Part shown: positions 12,750-27,233 of the stretch, one piece after another
How the letters are laid out: every line of letters starts with the position of its first letter
How positions within the stretch are numbered: the first letter of the stretch is position 1
Origin: Phyllobates terribilis
Lineage: Eukaryota
DNA length: 64,000 nucleotides
Direction of reading: 5' to 3'
Assembly (NCBI RefSeq): GCF_046119375.1
Contig: NW_027362769.1
Location: forward strand, 360,902,001-360,966,000
Program-made: the position numbers and the translations under genes
The notes under the pieces: model-generated
Seen by the model: the letters and a program-made list of their open reading frames with translations, nothing else
Database searches by the model: none
Told to the model about the DNA's origin: nothing

Positions 12750-14220
12750 ATAGCAGTCTACATACCGGGTACACAGGGCGGCCATCCATCCAGCTGCCTC
12801 ATGCAGTGAATATTTGCTGCATCCTACACTGATCTGAAAAAATATCATGTAGCAGAATCAACACATTCATCTCATGGCAAGACTTGGATTTCTGTTCTGT
12901 AATAACCGCATCACAACACTGTATGAACAGAGCTATATGTATCACCACTTCCCCGCATCCACTGTGTGTAATAGTTATGTTATAGATCCATAAGAAGACA
13001 CATCACATCACCCAAAGTCAGCGGTGTCAGCTCTAGAAGTGAAAGACTGCGGAGGAGACACACCAGCACATGTCAGGAGTGTATAACAGACACGTCCCAG
13101 GCCGTAACAGCTACCAATATTACAGGCAGCCGCACAAAGGATCTCGTACCCTGCACATACACTGAGCCTGGTACTAATCAGGGCCCAATAACTGCAGAAT
13201 CTTAGGTTTTTATACAGAGAAAAAAAAAACGAACTCCCCATTGGAGGTGGGGGCGTAATTGAAGAAAGGGATCCAATTGGAAAGGCAGGTTAGTCTTCCC
13301 TGGTCAGGATCTTTGTCCCCAAAACTGAATGTGCTGCAATCTGCCGAAAAGGTTACCAGTCTCCAGATCACATCCCAGCATCTGGATAGAGCGATTACAC
13401 TATATGCATCAACCAGCGACCAGAGCGTCGCTGAACCCCGAGTCTTCTATCAGTGAATACTGCTCCCCTAGTCCGAGAAACCTAGAGAATGTGGAGTTAC
13501 TGGAGATAGAGATCGTTATAATCAACACAAAGATCGTCCTATACAACTGTTTACATTAACACTAATGGGTTAACTCTGATCCGGGATTCCGGTTAATGTC
13601 ATGTGATGTGTATGGCGGTTGGTTCTGTGACTTGATGATTGGTTGGTTGAAAGATTTGAAATTTCCGCTTTGTGGCTGATTTTTTCATGCAGTATGTGGT
13701 CAGTACTGGCGACTGTAGGACGATCTGTGTTGTGTAACGATCGCTTGCTCTAGACTGCCTCTGGATACTAGGTCTCTAGGTTTTCCGGATTAGGGGAGCA
13801 GTATTCTGATAGAAGACCCGGGGTTCAGCGAAGGTTAATGGGTATAAAGACTGAAGCCGCATCAACCAGATGAGATGGTGTCTTGTCTGCTCCCCCAGTC
13901 TTTCACCTCTGGAGCTGACACCGCTGACTTCGGGTGATGTTTCTTCTCATTGATCTATAACATAAATATTACACACGGGTGTATGGGGAGGGGGTGGTCG
14001 TACATATATACCTCTGTGCACACAGTCCATACCCGTTGTGATGCGTTTACCACAGAGCATTAGATCCAGGTCCTGCCTGAGATGAATGAGTTGATGCTAG
14101 TTGCTACATATTTCCGGATCAGATCCGTGTGGGTTACAGGTGGCAGCGAATATTCACAGTGAATATCGATGTATGAGTCAGCTGGATGGATGGACGCCCT
14201 GTGTACCTTGTATGTAGACT
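12750..14220. repeat. Degenerate large inverted duplication in the spacer
   Basis: Inverted pairs 12755-12860/14130-14220, 12970-13060/13880-13970 and 13428-13490/13760-13835. Confidence 0.75.
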
Positions 14221-14239
14221 CCTATTTGATGACCGCTCC

Positions 14240-14288
14240 GCCATCACCCCGTCTACACCAGAGCTGTGGCTGCTGCTGTGTCCTCTCC
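14240..14288 (+). pseudogene. Relic of an H2B 3' downstream region (single HDE unit)
   Basis: GCCATCACCCCGTCTACACCAGAGCTGTGGCTGCTGCTGTGTCCTCTCC is one copy of the 39-bp unit, with its leader. Confidence 0.7.
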
Positions 14289-14500
14289 AGTCTTTTGGCT
14301 CTCTAGTAGTAATCAGCCATTAAGGAATCTTAGCCATATGCCACATATTCATCCATATGAGCATACTGTACCCCTATAGGCAGGTACACACTGTATGGGG
14401 GCACTGCGGCTTCTATAAGGGTCCAAGATCCAGCAAATTGATCACTGTCCATTGGCGCACACAGATCTATGTGTATCTGGGGTTCATTTTTGGTTTGGTA

Positions 14501-14553
14501 CAACCAAAGGCTCTTTTAAGCGTCACCACATGCTCATAAGAGCCGGCACCACT
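14501..14553 (+). pseudogene. Relic of an H2A 3' end with a broken stem-loop
   Basis: CAACCAAAGGCTCTTTTAAGCGTCACCACAT..AGAGCCGGCACC, compared with 12060-12115. Confidence 0.75.
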
Positions 14554-14808
14554 GATATCGGCCGATGGTCCACACTAGTGTCTACTAACACCTGCTCCAG
14601 ACCGTATATAGATATAATTATGTACACACGATCCATACTATACTGCGATCACCATGGAGCAGAGGTTCATGGCGTGAAAAGAATATTTGATCCTGCTACA
14701 TGTTACTGAGCGATATATACGGGGGATCTTGCTCATGAGCGGAGAAGCAAGATGTTCATATAATATTTAGTGCGGCTACTTCTAAGCCATTCCATAAAAT
14801 TCACAGCC

Positions 14809-14890
14809 TTCCACGCTACACGGTTGACAATCATGCCCAAAGACGTGCAGCTGGCTTTCCGGATCTGTGCAGAGAGATTAGATCTGTCCC
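14809..14890 (+). pseudogene. H3: Histone H3 C-terminal fragment
   Basis: FHATRLTIMPKDVQLAFRICAER versus [23 protein letters not shown], followed by sequence like the H3 stop and 3' UTR. Confidence 0.8.
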
Positions 14891-15957
14891 GATCACTGCA
14901 CAGTCCTACTTCAATAAGATCATTCTATCTGCCGGTTATTTTGGCGCTGGGTTCTGAGAGCTGAACTCAATCTGCGGTTACAGGATGGCGGGAGAGGGGG
15001 CTCATCCCTGTCAGTGCTTCTATTTCGCTCCATCCACACAGGCAGGAGGCTCCTCATTCAGCCACGTAATGTTCTATCCGGATTCCCTGTGGTGTCAGCG
15101 CCGATCCTACCAAAGACCAACTAAAACAACAAGCCTTATATGTTCTTCCAGGAGCCTGATGTGAGCGCTCTGGATCCGGGGTGGGGGCAGTCGCCGCATC
15201 TGTAAAGCATGAATAAGCGGGGATCAGCAGACATACAGCCACTAAGGAGTTAAATGGAGAAAACCCCCCTGTATCGGGTGTTGGTCTGAGGTCTCGGCCA
15301 TTGGCTGATCGCAGATCCGTTGGTGGCTTTGAATCACCCGCTCAGTCTTTTGTTCTAGGTCTGCCGGATTATTACCGGCCCCTCTGCTTGTAGTGGAGAT
15401 TGCAATCCGAACAATCAGATCTGGGTGCAGCTCTACCCCACTGACAATACAGGGTCCTGCTCTCCGGAGCAATCTGTCCCCGCAAACACGGTGACCGTTC
15501 TCCTGATCGGCCGGTGAAGGATAAGCCGCCATTATTGTTCTGGTGAGAATATTCAGAGGCCGCCATCCATCCCAGAACGCGGTCATCACATAGGAATCTA
15601 CATACCGGGTACACAGGGCGTCCATCTACCCATCCAGCTGCCTCATACATCAATATTTAGTGAATATTTGCTGCTCACTGGAACCCACACGGATCTGGCG
15701 TGGAAATATGTAGCAGAATCACATTCTGCAGGACCTGGATCCAATGTTCTGTAGTAACCGCGGATCAGTGTTATCTCACTAGTGTTAGAATTACTGTCCG
15801 CCGTTCTCCCCAATATGGGAAGAACAAAACTTACACTGATGAGAACCGGACACCTGAGCGATCTACCAGCCAGAATACAGAGATCACCAGTGCACAGTAG
15901 AGATCAGCTCCCGGCACAGCAACAGGAGATTGTAGCCTCTCACTTAGAAGATGTGGT

Positions 15958-15973
15958 GGCTCTGAAAAGAGCC
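15958..15973 (-). terminator. Histone 3' stem-loop (H4)
   Basis: GGCTCTTTTCAGAGCC. Confidence 0.95.
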
Positions 15974-16005
15974 TTTGGGTTGTCAGGATGGAGCAGAGAA
16001 TACAA

Positions 16006-16465
<460 letters not shown>

Positions 16466-18347
16466 GAACACTGAACTGTTGGGGAGTTTGAATTTCCCGC
16501 TCATTGTGCAGTTTCCGCAGCGTCTAATATATATTTTTCCCTGTGATGAGAAATGTGTCAGATACAGTCTATAAATAAAAGGGCAGACACGACACCAACC
16601 TCCTGCAAGTGAGATGCAGCTGAGTAGAAGCATCAGATCACTGCTGAAAATACAGATAGCGGCACTGACAGTGATTAACCCCCACTTCCATCATACCAGC
16701 ATATTCCTAACATGCTATTCACATCTCCATGGTCATTTCCGCATCTTACTACTCCCCTCATCATCCCTTGCCATGGCTTCATTCTGTACAATCTACATGT
16801 ATTAATACATGTGACATTCTGGCTGCTCCCGGTGACTAATCTATAGGATCCTGACTGAGCTCTGTGACGTTTCCAAAACGGGCTTGTCACTTCTGATAGA
16901 ATTGCTCTTGGGGTGCGGTGATTTGCCAGGAGCAGCAGCATGTGACCATGCCTGGACACGATCAGAGGAGGATTGTGGCAGCCAGGATTATTGCCTCTTC
17001 TAAGGACAGTGCAGGGAGGAAGCCGCGGTCAGCAGCACTGCTCCGATACTAAATATTTTGCCACCACTGGGATTTTCCGCTCATCAGAAATGACAATATT
17101 TACTTTCTCCTAATAACACTTGTATTGTAATTGACAGAGATCATAAAACTCAGATATCACTTGTTTCTTCATTTGAGGATTTGCACTTAGAGAACATTTG
17201 TTATCTTCCTATAGAAGATAATGACAACAGCTCAGATTGGGCAAATAAAAAAGGAACCGTATAAATAACATAATCACTGAGCAGCTGATTGATTCTCATT
17301 CCAGTGGTCCCATATCCAATGGAGAATACACTGTGATCTGGAAGATGATTACATGAATGTGCTCAGTGGAGTTTATCTATAGACCGGACACTTCTCTTCA
17401 CAGCAGAAGTAGTAACACAATTACATGTAGAAGCTGCGGAAACTACAAGGAGCGGGAAATTCAAACTCCCTAACGTCCTGTGTTCAGCCAATCAGCAGAG
17501 GAAGGGGAGGAGCTAATGTTAATAGTTACCGAATAGGAAGTTCCCGCTCAGGGGCTGATGGCTTTTTCTGTTCTTTGTCCTTCTGGATCACGTGGTTTCA
17601 GGACGGTCGGATATCAGGAAATTTGCTTGTGTTGAGCGATCAATGGTCTCTTGGTTCCATACAGGAATTTCTATCATTTCCAGGATCGAGGGAACAGTAT
17701 CCGCTTTCTATAATACAAAGTGCAGAACTGATTCTAACAATGGTGACTCCATCACACCAGCAATATTCCGAGTGCCGGGAATATAAAGAAACGAGATACT
17801 GCAGTTTACAGAGAACTTTGAAAGAAGGAGGCGGGGATTTTATAAAATGTAGGTTAATATTATCTAGATAAACCTACTAGAGAGCTGCAGAGGATATTAG
17901 TCTCTTAATCCTGATGCGTTTCCAGGATCAGACCCGTGCGGCTGATAGGAGTCAGCGAGTGTTCACAGGAGATAGCGCTGGATAATGGACGTCCTATAAT
18001 GATCGCATCATATACACCAAGAAATCTGCGCATTTATTCCTTCAAAACACAGTCCAGACTCCTAATACATTATATAAAGCTGATATTATTGGATGTGCGG
18101 CAGGATCGGTGCGAAAACTAGTGGGGATACGAATATTAAGTGGTTGAATGAGTAGAATGTACTTCGTGTAGTCATCAGATCATTTCTACACACCCATATA
18201 ACGGCATTGGAGGGAATAATCTCCCCAGATACCAACTGCAGACTGAGAAGAGAACTGAGCGCCCCTGATGTTACTGAGCACAAGTGAACACTCAGCAGAA
18301 TATGAAGCAGATGTGAGGGATCAGCTCGTTATTATGGAGGATTTGGT

Positions 18348-18363
18348 GGCCCTGAAAAGAGCC
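18348..18363 (-). terminator. Histone 3' stem-loop (H3)
   Basis: GGCTCTTTTCAGGGCC. Confidence 0.93.
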
Positions 18364-18394
18364 TTTGTGTTATAGTCAGACGTGTAGGACGGAT

Positions 18395-18859
<465 letters not shown>

Positions 18860-19460
18860 TTATACTCCTCTGCTCCTGTTACCGCGTCATGTGAACACAC
18901 CCCCTACAACTCTATTGGCTAGTTCAAAAATTAAACTAAGGCCCCAAAATAGTGTGATATCCGCGACCAATCATTATTCACAAAATCATCCCAACGCCCA
19001 TTAATCCCGCCCTCAAAAAGAGGGGCAGGGTCTCTGTTCTCTCTTTTCTGGCTGCGGATACTGGCACAGGGTCACACCATGTCTACATGCGGCTTCTACA
19101 GCAGGAGCCGCCGTCGTCACTGTTCTTCTATGTCACCAGTACACGGAGCTGTACAGGGTCTACTCTATCATCAGTCAAATCACTGGTTCTCCAATTCTCA
19201 CATCGAAGTAATAACCGCACACTAATCCTTTCACTAATAAAGACGCAGGTTACAAGTGGTGATTGATTAGGATGATGTAAGAATTAGATTTCTGTAGGAC
19301 ATCGGCCCCTTCCCTCCATTGATTACACTGATCGGTCACCTGCACTGGTGTGATCGGGACACAGCGCAGCTCTATGCGGAGATGTGGGGAAAAGCTTATT
19401 CATTATAACACTGGAGCCGCTCCCTGTACACACTATAATCTAGAAGCGGCAGGATATACG

Positions 19461-20280
19461 GGCACTGATCATACAGATCTGCCGGGGACAAAGTGGTGGC
19501 ACTGATCATACAGCTCTGCCGGGGACAAGGTGGTGGCACTGATAATACAGCTGTGCCGGGGACAAGGTGGTGGCACTGATCATACAGCTCTGCCGGGGAC
19601 AAGGTGGTGGCACTGATAATACAGCTGTGCCGGGGACAAGGTGGTGGCACTGATCATACAGCTCTGCCGGGGACAAGGTGGTGGCACTGATCATACAGCT
19701 ATGCAGGGGACAAGGTGGTGGCACTGATCATACAGCTATGCAGGGGACAAGGTGGTGGCACTGATCATACAGCTATGCAGGGGACAAGGTGGTGGCACTG
19801 ATCATACAGCTCTGCCGGGGACAAGGTGGTGGCACTGATCATGCAGCTATGCAGGGGACAAGGAGGTGGCACTGACCATACAGCTCTGCAGCGGACAAGA
19901 TGGTGGCACTGATTATACAGCTATGCAGGGGACAAGGTGGTGGCACTGATCATACAGCTATGCAGGGGACAAGGTGGTGGCACTGATCATACAGCTCTGC
20001 CGGGGACAAGGTGGTGGCACTGATCATACAGCTATGCAGGGGACAAGGTGGTGGCACTGATCATACAGCTATGCAGGGGACAAGGTGGTGGCACTGATCA
20101 TGCAGCTATGCAGGGGACAAGGAGGTGGCACTGACCATACAGCTCTGCAGCGGACAAGATGGTGGCACTGATTATACAGCTCTGCAGCGGACGAGGTGGT
20201 GGCACTGATCATACAGCTCTACAGGGGACAAGGTGGTGGCTCTGATCATACAGCTCTGCAGGGGACAAGGTGGTGGCTCT
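19461..20280 (-). repeat. 37-bp tandem array downstream of H1, unit = stem 3' arm + cleavage region + HDE
   Basis: Sense unit CAG(T/A)GCCACCACCTTGTCCCC(T/G)GCAGAGCTGTATGAT, about 22 copies, overlapping the stem-loop. Confidence 0.95.
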
Positions 20281-20290
20281 GAAAAGAGCC
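20275..20290 (-). terminator. Histone 3' stem-loop (H1)
   Basis: GGCTCTTTTCAGAGCC. Confidence 0.95.
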
Positions 20291-20320
20291 TTTGTGGTGT
20301 AATAACAGGGCAGCTTTGGA

Positions 20321-20977
20321 TTATTTCTTAGCTGCGGGCTTCTTTGCTTTAGCTGCCTTCTTAGCAGGACTCTTGGCAGCTTTGGGTTTAGCAGCTTTCT
20401 TAGCCGGACTCTTCGTCACCTTCTTGGGCTTCGGAGCGGCCTTTGGCTTCTTGGGGCTCTTGGCCGCCTTCTTGGCAGCTGCTGCGGGCTTCTTGGCCTT
20501 TTTCGGGCTCTTCTTGGCCGCGGTCGGAGCCTTCTTGGGTTTCCTCGGAGACTTGGCGGCTTTCTTGGCTGCAGCGGGTTTCTTGGGCTTGGTCGCAGCT
20601 GCTGACTTCCTCTTGGCCGCTTTGTCCTTAGTCTCCTGCTGCTTCTTGTTCAGCTTGAAGGACCCGGAGGCGCCGCTGCCCTTCACCTGGAGGAGGGCGC
20701 CCTTGGTGACCAGAGACTTGACGGCCAGCTTCAGGCGGCTGTTGTTCTTCTCTACATCGTATCCTCCGGCAGACAGAGCCTTCTTCAGGGCGGCCAGAGA
20801 CACCCCACTGCGCTCCTTAGAGGCGGACACGGCTTTCACGATCAGATCGGAGACGCCGAGACCGGAGGATTTCTTGCTTTTCTTGGCGCCCCCGGCGGCG
20901 GATTTCTTCGGCTGCTTCTTGGATTTGGCGGCCGGTTCTGCGGGAGGGGGAGCGGCGGCTGGTGCGGTCTCGGCCAT
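20321..20977 (-). CDS. H1: Linker histone H1 (somatic type), 218 aa
   Basis: [12 protein letters not shown].., globular domain [31 protein letters not shown]-like, K/A/P-rich tail. TATA at about 21050, CCAAT at 21076 and 21108, GC box at 21130. Confidence 0.97.
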   Translation of the reverse strand: MAETAPAAAPPPAEPAAKSKKQPKKSAAGGAKKSKKSSGLGVSDLIVKAVSASKERSGVSLAALKKALSAGGYDVEKNNSRLKLAVKSLVTKGALLQVKGSGASGSFKLNKKQQETKDKAAKRKSAAATKPKKPAAAKKAAKSPRKPKKAPTAAKKSPKKAKKPAAAAKKAAKSPKKPKAAPKPKKVTKSPAKKAAKPKAAKSPAKKAAKAKKPAAKK

Positions 20978-21964
20978 CGTGTGCTGCGGAACTAGAACAC
21001 AAATATCTCCTGATAGGAAAACACTGAGGCCGGAGCTGGAGGCGCCTGTTATATGTACAGGCTTACTGCGCACTGATTGGCTGCTGAGCAGCATCGTCCT
21101 GAGCATCTATTGGCTGACACTGACACAGGCCCCGCCTCCTCCCAGCTGAGCCCGAGTGAAGCTCCGCTCTCCCCTTGTGCTTCCCTGCCCGGGATAAAAG
21201 CCCTTTACCGGCTAACACCGGACAGCAGAGCGCGCTTTCTCCGTCGCTTCCTCTTCTCCATCATCTCCACTGACCGTTTGTAGCCGTCACCAGCAGAGAT
21301 GCCGGGAAAGAGCCGAGAGGAGGTCCCGGGATCATCGCCGCCGTCCTCCCGATCTGCGCATCACTGTGTATCCGGGGAGATAAAACTGCTGCGGGAGCTC
21401 GTTCCTCCTATTCCCGGCTCTTGTCACCATCACAGGGATCTTTACTACAATATCCATCGTACAGGAAGCGGATTGTACGATGTGGGGACGACCTGGAGCT
21501 GCTGAGAGCCCAGAAGGGTAACACAGGCGATGGCCTCCGCTGACTGCCACCTCCCTGACCTGTAATATAAGTACACCCCGAATGTGCAGAGTATTGGGGG
21601 GTGAACACGTATCCACATCAGTAGATGATCCACATAGGGGGCTGATTGCAATCACCTGTGTAATATCGTGTCTGACCCTGTGTGAAGCTGTGACGCTGCG
21701 GCTGGTAAAGGAGGGAAGAGCTCTGATAAGGCGCCAGCTTCACAATGCAACTCATCCCCCAACCAAACACATAAACATCTCCGGTGAGATAACTGTGAGA
21801 TATTAATGTATTTATGTGACCCCACTATTGTGTAAAATTTGAAATACTGAGAGAAGACACAAAATGCAGCGTCTACACACAGAGCACAGCTGTATATAGT
21901 GCACAGACTGCACAACTCCACATCTGTACAGCCCAGATCAGCAGCCTTATAAGTGTCACTGATA

Positions 21965-22230
21965 ATAGAGCAGTGTGTACAGTATATAGAGCAGTGTGTA
22001 CAGTATATAGAGCAGCCTGTACAGTATGTAGAGCAATGTGTACAGTATATAGAGCAGTGTGTACAGTATATAGAGCAGCCTGTACAGTATGTAGAGCAAT
22101 GTGTACAGTATATAGAGCAGTCTGTATAGTATATAGAGTAACTCAAAGTATTTAGAGTAGCTTGTAAAGTATATAAAGCAGTGAGTACAGTATATAAAGC
22201 AGTGTGTGCAGTATATAAAGCAGTGTGTGC
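21965..22230. repeat. Short (about 12-copy) inverted version of the 21-bp minisatellite
   Basis: AGAGCAGTGTGTACAGTATAT units. Confidence 0.9.
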
Positions 22231-23089
22231 CGTACATAGAACAGCCTGCACTGTATTTAATTTGCGTGGGGGTATGAATCTCACACGCTGAAGGAGCCAC
22301 GTTCATTATACTGTATGTATTATCTCCCACATAAGACCAGTAAGAGCGAACAACATCTCCAGAAATCTGTGGGGGCTGCACAAAGAGAACAGACAAGGTA
22401 CCAGTATATTTCAGGAGTTTACAAGCAGACACATGGTCACTAAGGAGTTAAATGGAGGAACCCCTCTGTATCGGGTAGTGGTCGGCGTCTGCCTATGTCT
22501 TTTGGTCATTGGATGATCACAGATCCGTTAGCGGTTTTGCGTTTCCCGCTCAGTAGCTGTATTTTGTCCGTCTGATTATTTCCGGCTCCTTTTTTGTAGC
22601 GGAGATCGCAATCTGGTCTGGGGGCAGCTCTCCCCCACTGAGGATACAGAGACCAGGGGGCATCGTACTCTGCATATAAACCGAGCCGGATACAAGCCCA
22701 GTCCTAAATCACAGGATCTTAGGTCTCCATAGAGAATAAACTTCACTCCGTCATTCAAGGTTTTCTCCAAGCAGCACTCGGAACATCGCTACTGATGGGA
22801 GCAGGAATGTACCTTGTATTACAGAAAGCGGATACTGCTTCCATAACTCGGGAGATCTACAGATTCCTGTATAGGACGCAGTGAACCGCTCATAGACTTT
22901 AGATCATTCCAAAAACACACTATTAATGGTAATAACTCTTCAGTGCCAGAATTCTGAAACGTCTTTCTCAATAATGAGTCATCAAATTAATTCCTATTGA
23001 ACAGCGTATAAAGCTTGTACTGTTATTCACACACGCACAGGGATTATTCCACAACAGGAGATTGTAGCCTCTCATCTAGAAGATGTGGT

Positions 23090-23105
23090 GGCTCTGAAAA
23101 GAGCC
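23090..23105 (-). terminator. Histone 3' stem-loop (second H4)
   Basis: GGCTCTTTTCAGAGCC. Confidence 0.95.
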
Positions 23106-23137
23106 TTTGGGTTGTCAGGATGGAGCAGAGAATACAA

Positions 23138-23455
<318 letters not shown>

Positions 23456-24369
23456 TTAGAGATCAGAAATCAATGCTGAAACGTCACTGATTCCTTTTTT
23501 ATATAGCGTATAGGTGGACCAGAGAGAGGACTGCAGAGAGGAGGAGGTTCCCGGGCGGGTCTTACAGAATCTACATTAGCTCCTCCTTCCTCTGCTGATT
23601 GGCTGAACACAGAACTGTTGGGGAGTTTGAATTTCCCGCTCATTGTGCAGTTTCTGCAGTTCTTTCCAGCTTCTGCTCTATGTAACTTATTTCCCTGTGA
23701 AGAGAAATATCACAAATATTGTCATCACCTTTCCAGATCATGGTGGAGAAATCTAATCAATGAAATTCATAGTTGGAGAAATAACCTGACAATCATAAAG
23801 GGAAATTAATATATTTTTATAGCATGAATACAAAATCACTGAGGATCACAGTTCACAGATCACAGATGTGAAGAGCAAGAAAATCAACAACAACAAAAAA
23901 TTACAGAATGTAGTGCCAAATATAATTAACCAGATCTTTGTTGAAATTTCCACTGAGCCCTAAAAAAAAACACTTTTACAGATTTAGTGATACCACATAT
24001 GTGTATTTTTTATTTTTTAAGTTACTCTGATTTAAATGAGGGTAAAGTAGAAGTGATTCTACCCTGTGATCATCTGTTTGCTTGTACTATGCACAGCGCT
24101 GTATAAAGCTATAGTATATAGCTTAATAAACAACACTCACCAGGTGCTAGATGTTACCTGCCGAATATGAGAAGTGACACACATAATGATTATAAAATAT
24201 ACATATTATTGCCAATTTTTTTAAAACACATAAAATAGGAAAGGATGCTAAAAAAAAAAAATACACTGGTGCTCAACCTTATATATTGTCTATACAAATC
24301 TGCAACAGATACAATTAATTTATAGCCTAGGGACGTCAAATCACTAATAATAATAATAATAATAATGAA

Positions 24370-26240
24370 CCCAATATAATGCTCCATACAGAATAATGGA
24401 CCCCATGTAATGCTTCAAACAGAAAAATGGACCCCATATAATGCTCCATACAGAATAATGGGCTTCATATAATGCTCCATACAGAATAATTGACCCCATA
24501 TAATGCTCCATACAGAACAATGGGCCTCATACAATGATCCATACAGAATAATGGACAACATATAATGCTCCATACTATATAATGGACCATATACAGTATA
24601 GTACTCCATACAGAATAATGGACCCCATATAATGCTTCATACAGAATAATGGGCCTCATATAATGCTCCATACAGAATAATGGACCTCATATTATGCTCC
24701 ATACAGAATAAAGGGCCTCATATAATGATACATACAGAATAATGGACCCCATATAATAATCCATACAGAATAATGGACCCCATATATTGCTCCATACAGA
24801 ACAATGGGCCTCATATAATGTTCCATACAGAATAAAGGACCTCATATAATGCTCCATACAGAATAATTGGCCTCATATGATGATCCATACAGAATAGAGG
24901 GCCTCACATAATGCTACATACAGAATAATGGACCCAATATATTGCTCCATACAGAATAATGGGCCTCATATAATGCTCCATACAGAATAATGGACCCCAT
25001 ATAATGCTCCATACAGAATAATGGGCCTCATATAATGCTCTATGCGGAATAATAGACCCCATATAATGCTTCATACTGTGTAATGGACACCATATTGTAC
25101 TCCATACAGATTATTAGACCCCAAATAATGCTTCTTACAGAATAATGGGCCTCATATAATGCTCCATACAGAATAATGGACCCCATATAATTCCTCATAC
25201 AGAATAATGAACCCCCATAAAATGCTCCATACGGTATAATGGACCCCATATAGTGCTCCATCCAGAATAATGGACCCCATATAATGCTTCATACAGAAAA
25301 ATTGACCCCATATAATAATCCATACTGTATAATGGACCCCATATAATGCTTCATACAGAGTAATGGACCTCATATAATGCTCCATACAGATAATGGACCC
25401 AATATAATGCCCCATAAAGAATAATAGACCCCATATAATGCTTCATACAGAATAATTGACCCCATATAATGCTCCATACAGAATAATGGGCCTCATATAT
25501 TGCTCCATACAGAACAATGGGCCTCATATAATGCTTCATACAAAATAATGGACCCCATATATTGCTCCATACAGAACAATTGGCCTCATGTGATGTGCCA
25601 TACAGAATAATGGACCTCATATAATGCTCCATACAGAATAATGGGCCTAATATGATGCTCCATACAGAATAATGGGACTCATATAATGCTACATGCAGAA
25701 TAATGGACCCCATATAATGCTCCATACAGAATAATGGGCCTCATATAATGCTCCATACAGAATAATGGACCCCATATCATTATATGGGGTCCATACTATA
25801 TAGTGGACCCCATATAGTACTCCGTACAGAATAATTGAACCCATATAATGCTTCATACAGAATAAAGAACCCCATATAATGCTTCATACAGAAAAATGGT
25901 CCCCATATAGTGCTCCATACAAAATAGTGGAGCCCATATAGTACTCCATACAGAATAATGGACCCCATATAATGCCTCATACAGAATAATTTATCCCATA
26001 TAGTGCCCATACAAAATAATGGACCCCATATAATGCTTCATACAGAAAAATGGACCCATATTATAATCCATACAGAATAATGGACCGCATATAATGCTTC
26101 ATACAGAAAAATGGACCCCATATTATAATCCATACAGAATAATGGACTCCATATATTGCTCCATACAGAATAATGGGCCTCATATATTGCTCCATACAGA
26201 ACAAAGGACCTCATATAATGTTACATACAGAATAATTGGT
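24370..26240. repeat. 31-bp minisatellite (CCCCATATAATGCTCCATACAGAATAATGGA), left part
   Basis: About 60 copies. The same unit resumes at 48468. Confidence 0.97.
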
Positions 26241-26561
26241 ATATAAGGAAAAAAAGGGAATTTTCTGCCTACCATGCATATGCCATAAGGGTCCATTGGT
26301 GCACGGAAATACTTGATAGCAAATCCAGGGATGAGAACGCATAAGGTCTGCGTGACATATCGCGCTTTTTTAATGGAACTAATAAAATGGACGTTTTAAC
26401 TTTACATTTCTTGTGATGGATACAGAGAAGGTGCTTGAGTTTTCTAAACTACTTCCTACTGCTTCTCATCCCTGGATTTGCTACCAAGGATTTCCGTGCA
26501 CCAGTGGACCCTTATGGCATATGCATGGTAGGCTGAAGTTTCCCTTTTTTTCCTTATATAC
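26239..26561. repeat. Inverted repeat, about 100-bp arms with about 120-bp spacer, at the 5' end of the Penelope-like element
   Basis: 26239-26338 is the near reverse complement of 26462-26561. Confidence 0.9.
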
Positions 26562-27233
26562 CTGTGATCATAGCAATTTTCGTGCCACCATCTTTGCCAG
26601 GGCCACTTTTATTTTACTCCATTTTTCATCACATTTATTGGTGGAGTCTTTTTGGTGTTCTCCTTCTTGTGGCTATTTAAGATGGACACTCCATAATGTT
26701 TTCTTCCCGTGGCTAATGAAGTTAGAATGGGAAAGGTTAATGATGTTTTCAGCAGCAATAAACCACAGTCTTATGATCCCAATGTGAATACTGTGTTTAA
26801 AGAGCTTGAACAAGCCATGACACAAAGATTAAACACATGGTGGGACTCCATAACTTTGCAGCGGTACTTAGACAATGATATGATCCCTATGTCGCAGCGT
26901 GCATCTTCTTACAGTCACCACTGTACTTACGAGAGCTTCAATCAGCAAGATATCTTGAGTAAACAGTATTTACTTCATACTGGTTAAACATGAGACACAA
27001 TTCAGTGTCACGCAGTCCATGTGCTGCTGACATAACACATTCAGGAAAAAAAGAAAAAAAACACAGGAAGTAAAAACAACCAACATTTGAGAGCTTTCCT
27101 CCCCTCATTACAGCAAGCATATAATTTTACACACTATCGCCATCTACTGTCTGGTTAGTTTAAAGTCCTCCTTTCACTTATAATAAATCCTAATCTGTTG
27201 CATATGCCAACACCCTTTCTCAACAGTAAGGAC

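Noticed and set aside
14809-14890. H3 relic as CENP-A (KDVQL)
   Set aside because: The context TIMPKD and the H3-like 3' flank indicate a decayed canonical H3.
24415-26010. MEHYM/ILYGAL ORFs, and the similar MEDHG ORFs at 48.7-52.9 kb
   Set aside because: Minisatellite translations.
26325-26375. Functional hammerhead ribozyme
   Set aside because: The core would be GGGATGA/GACA instead of CTGATGA/GAAA, which is too degenerate to call.
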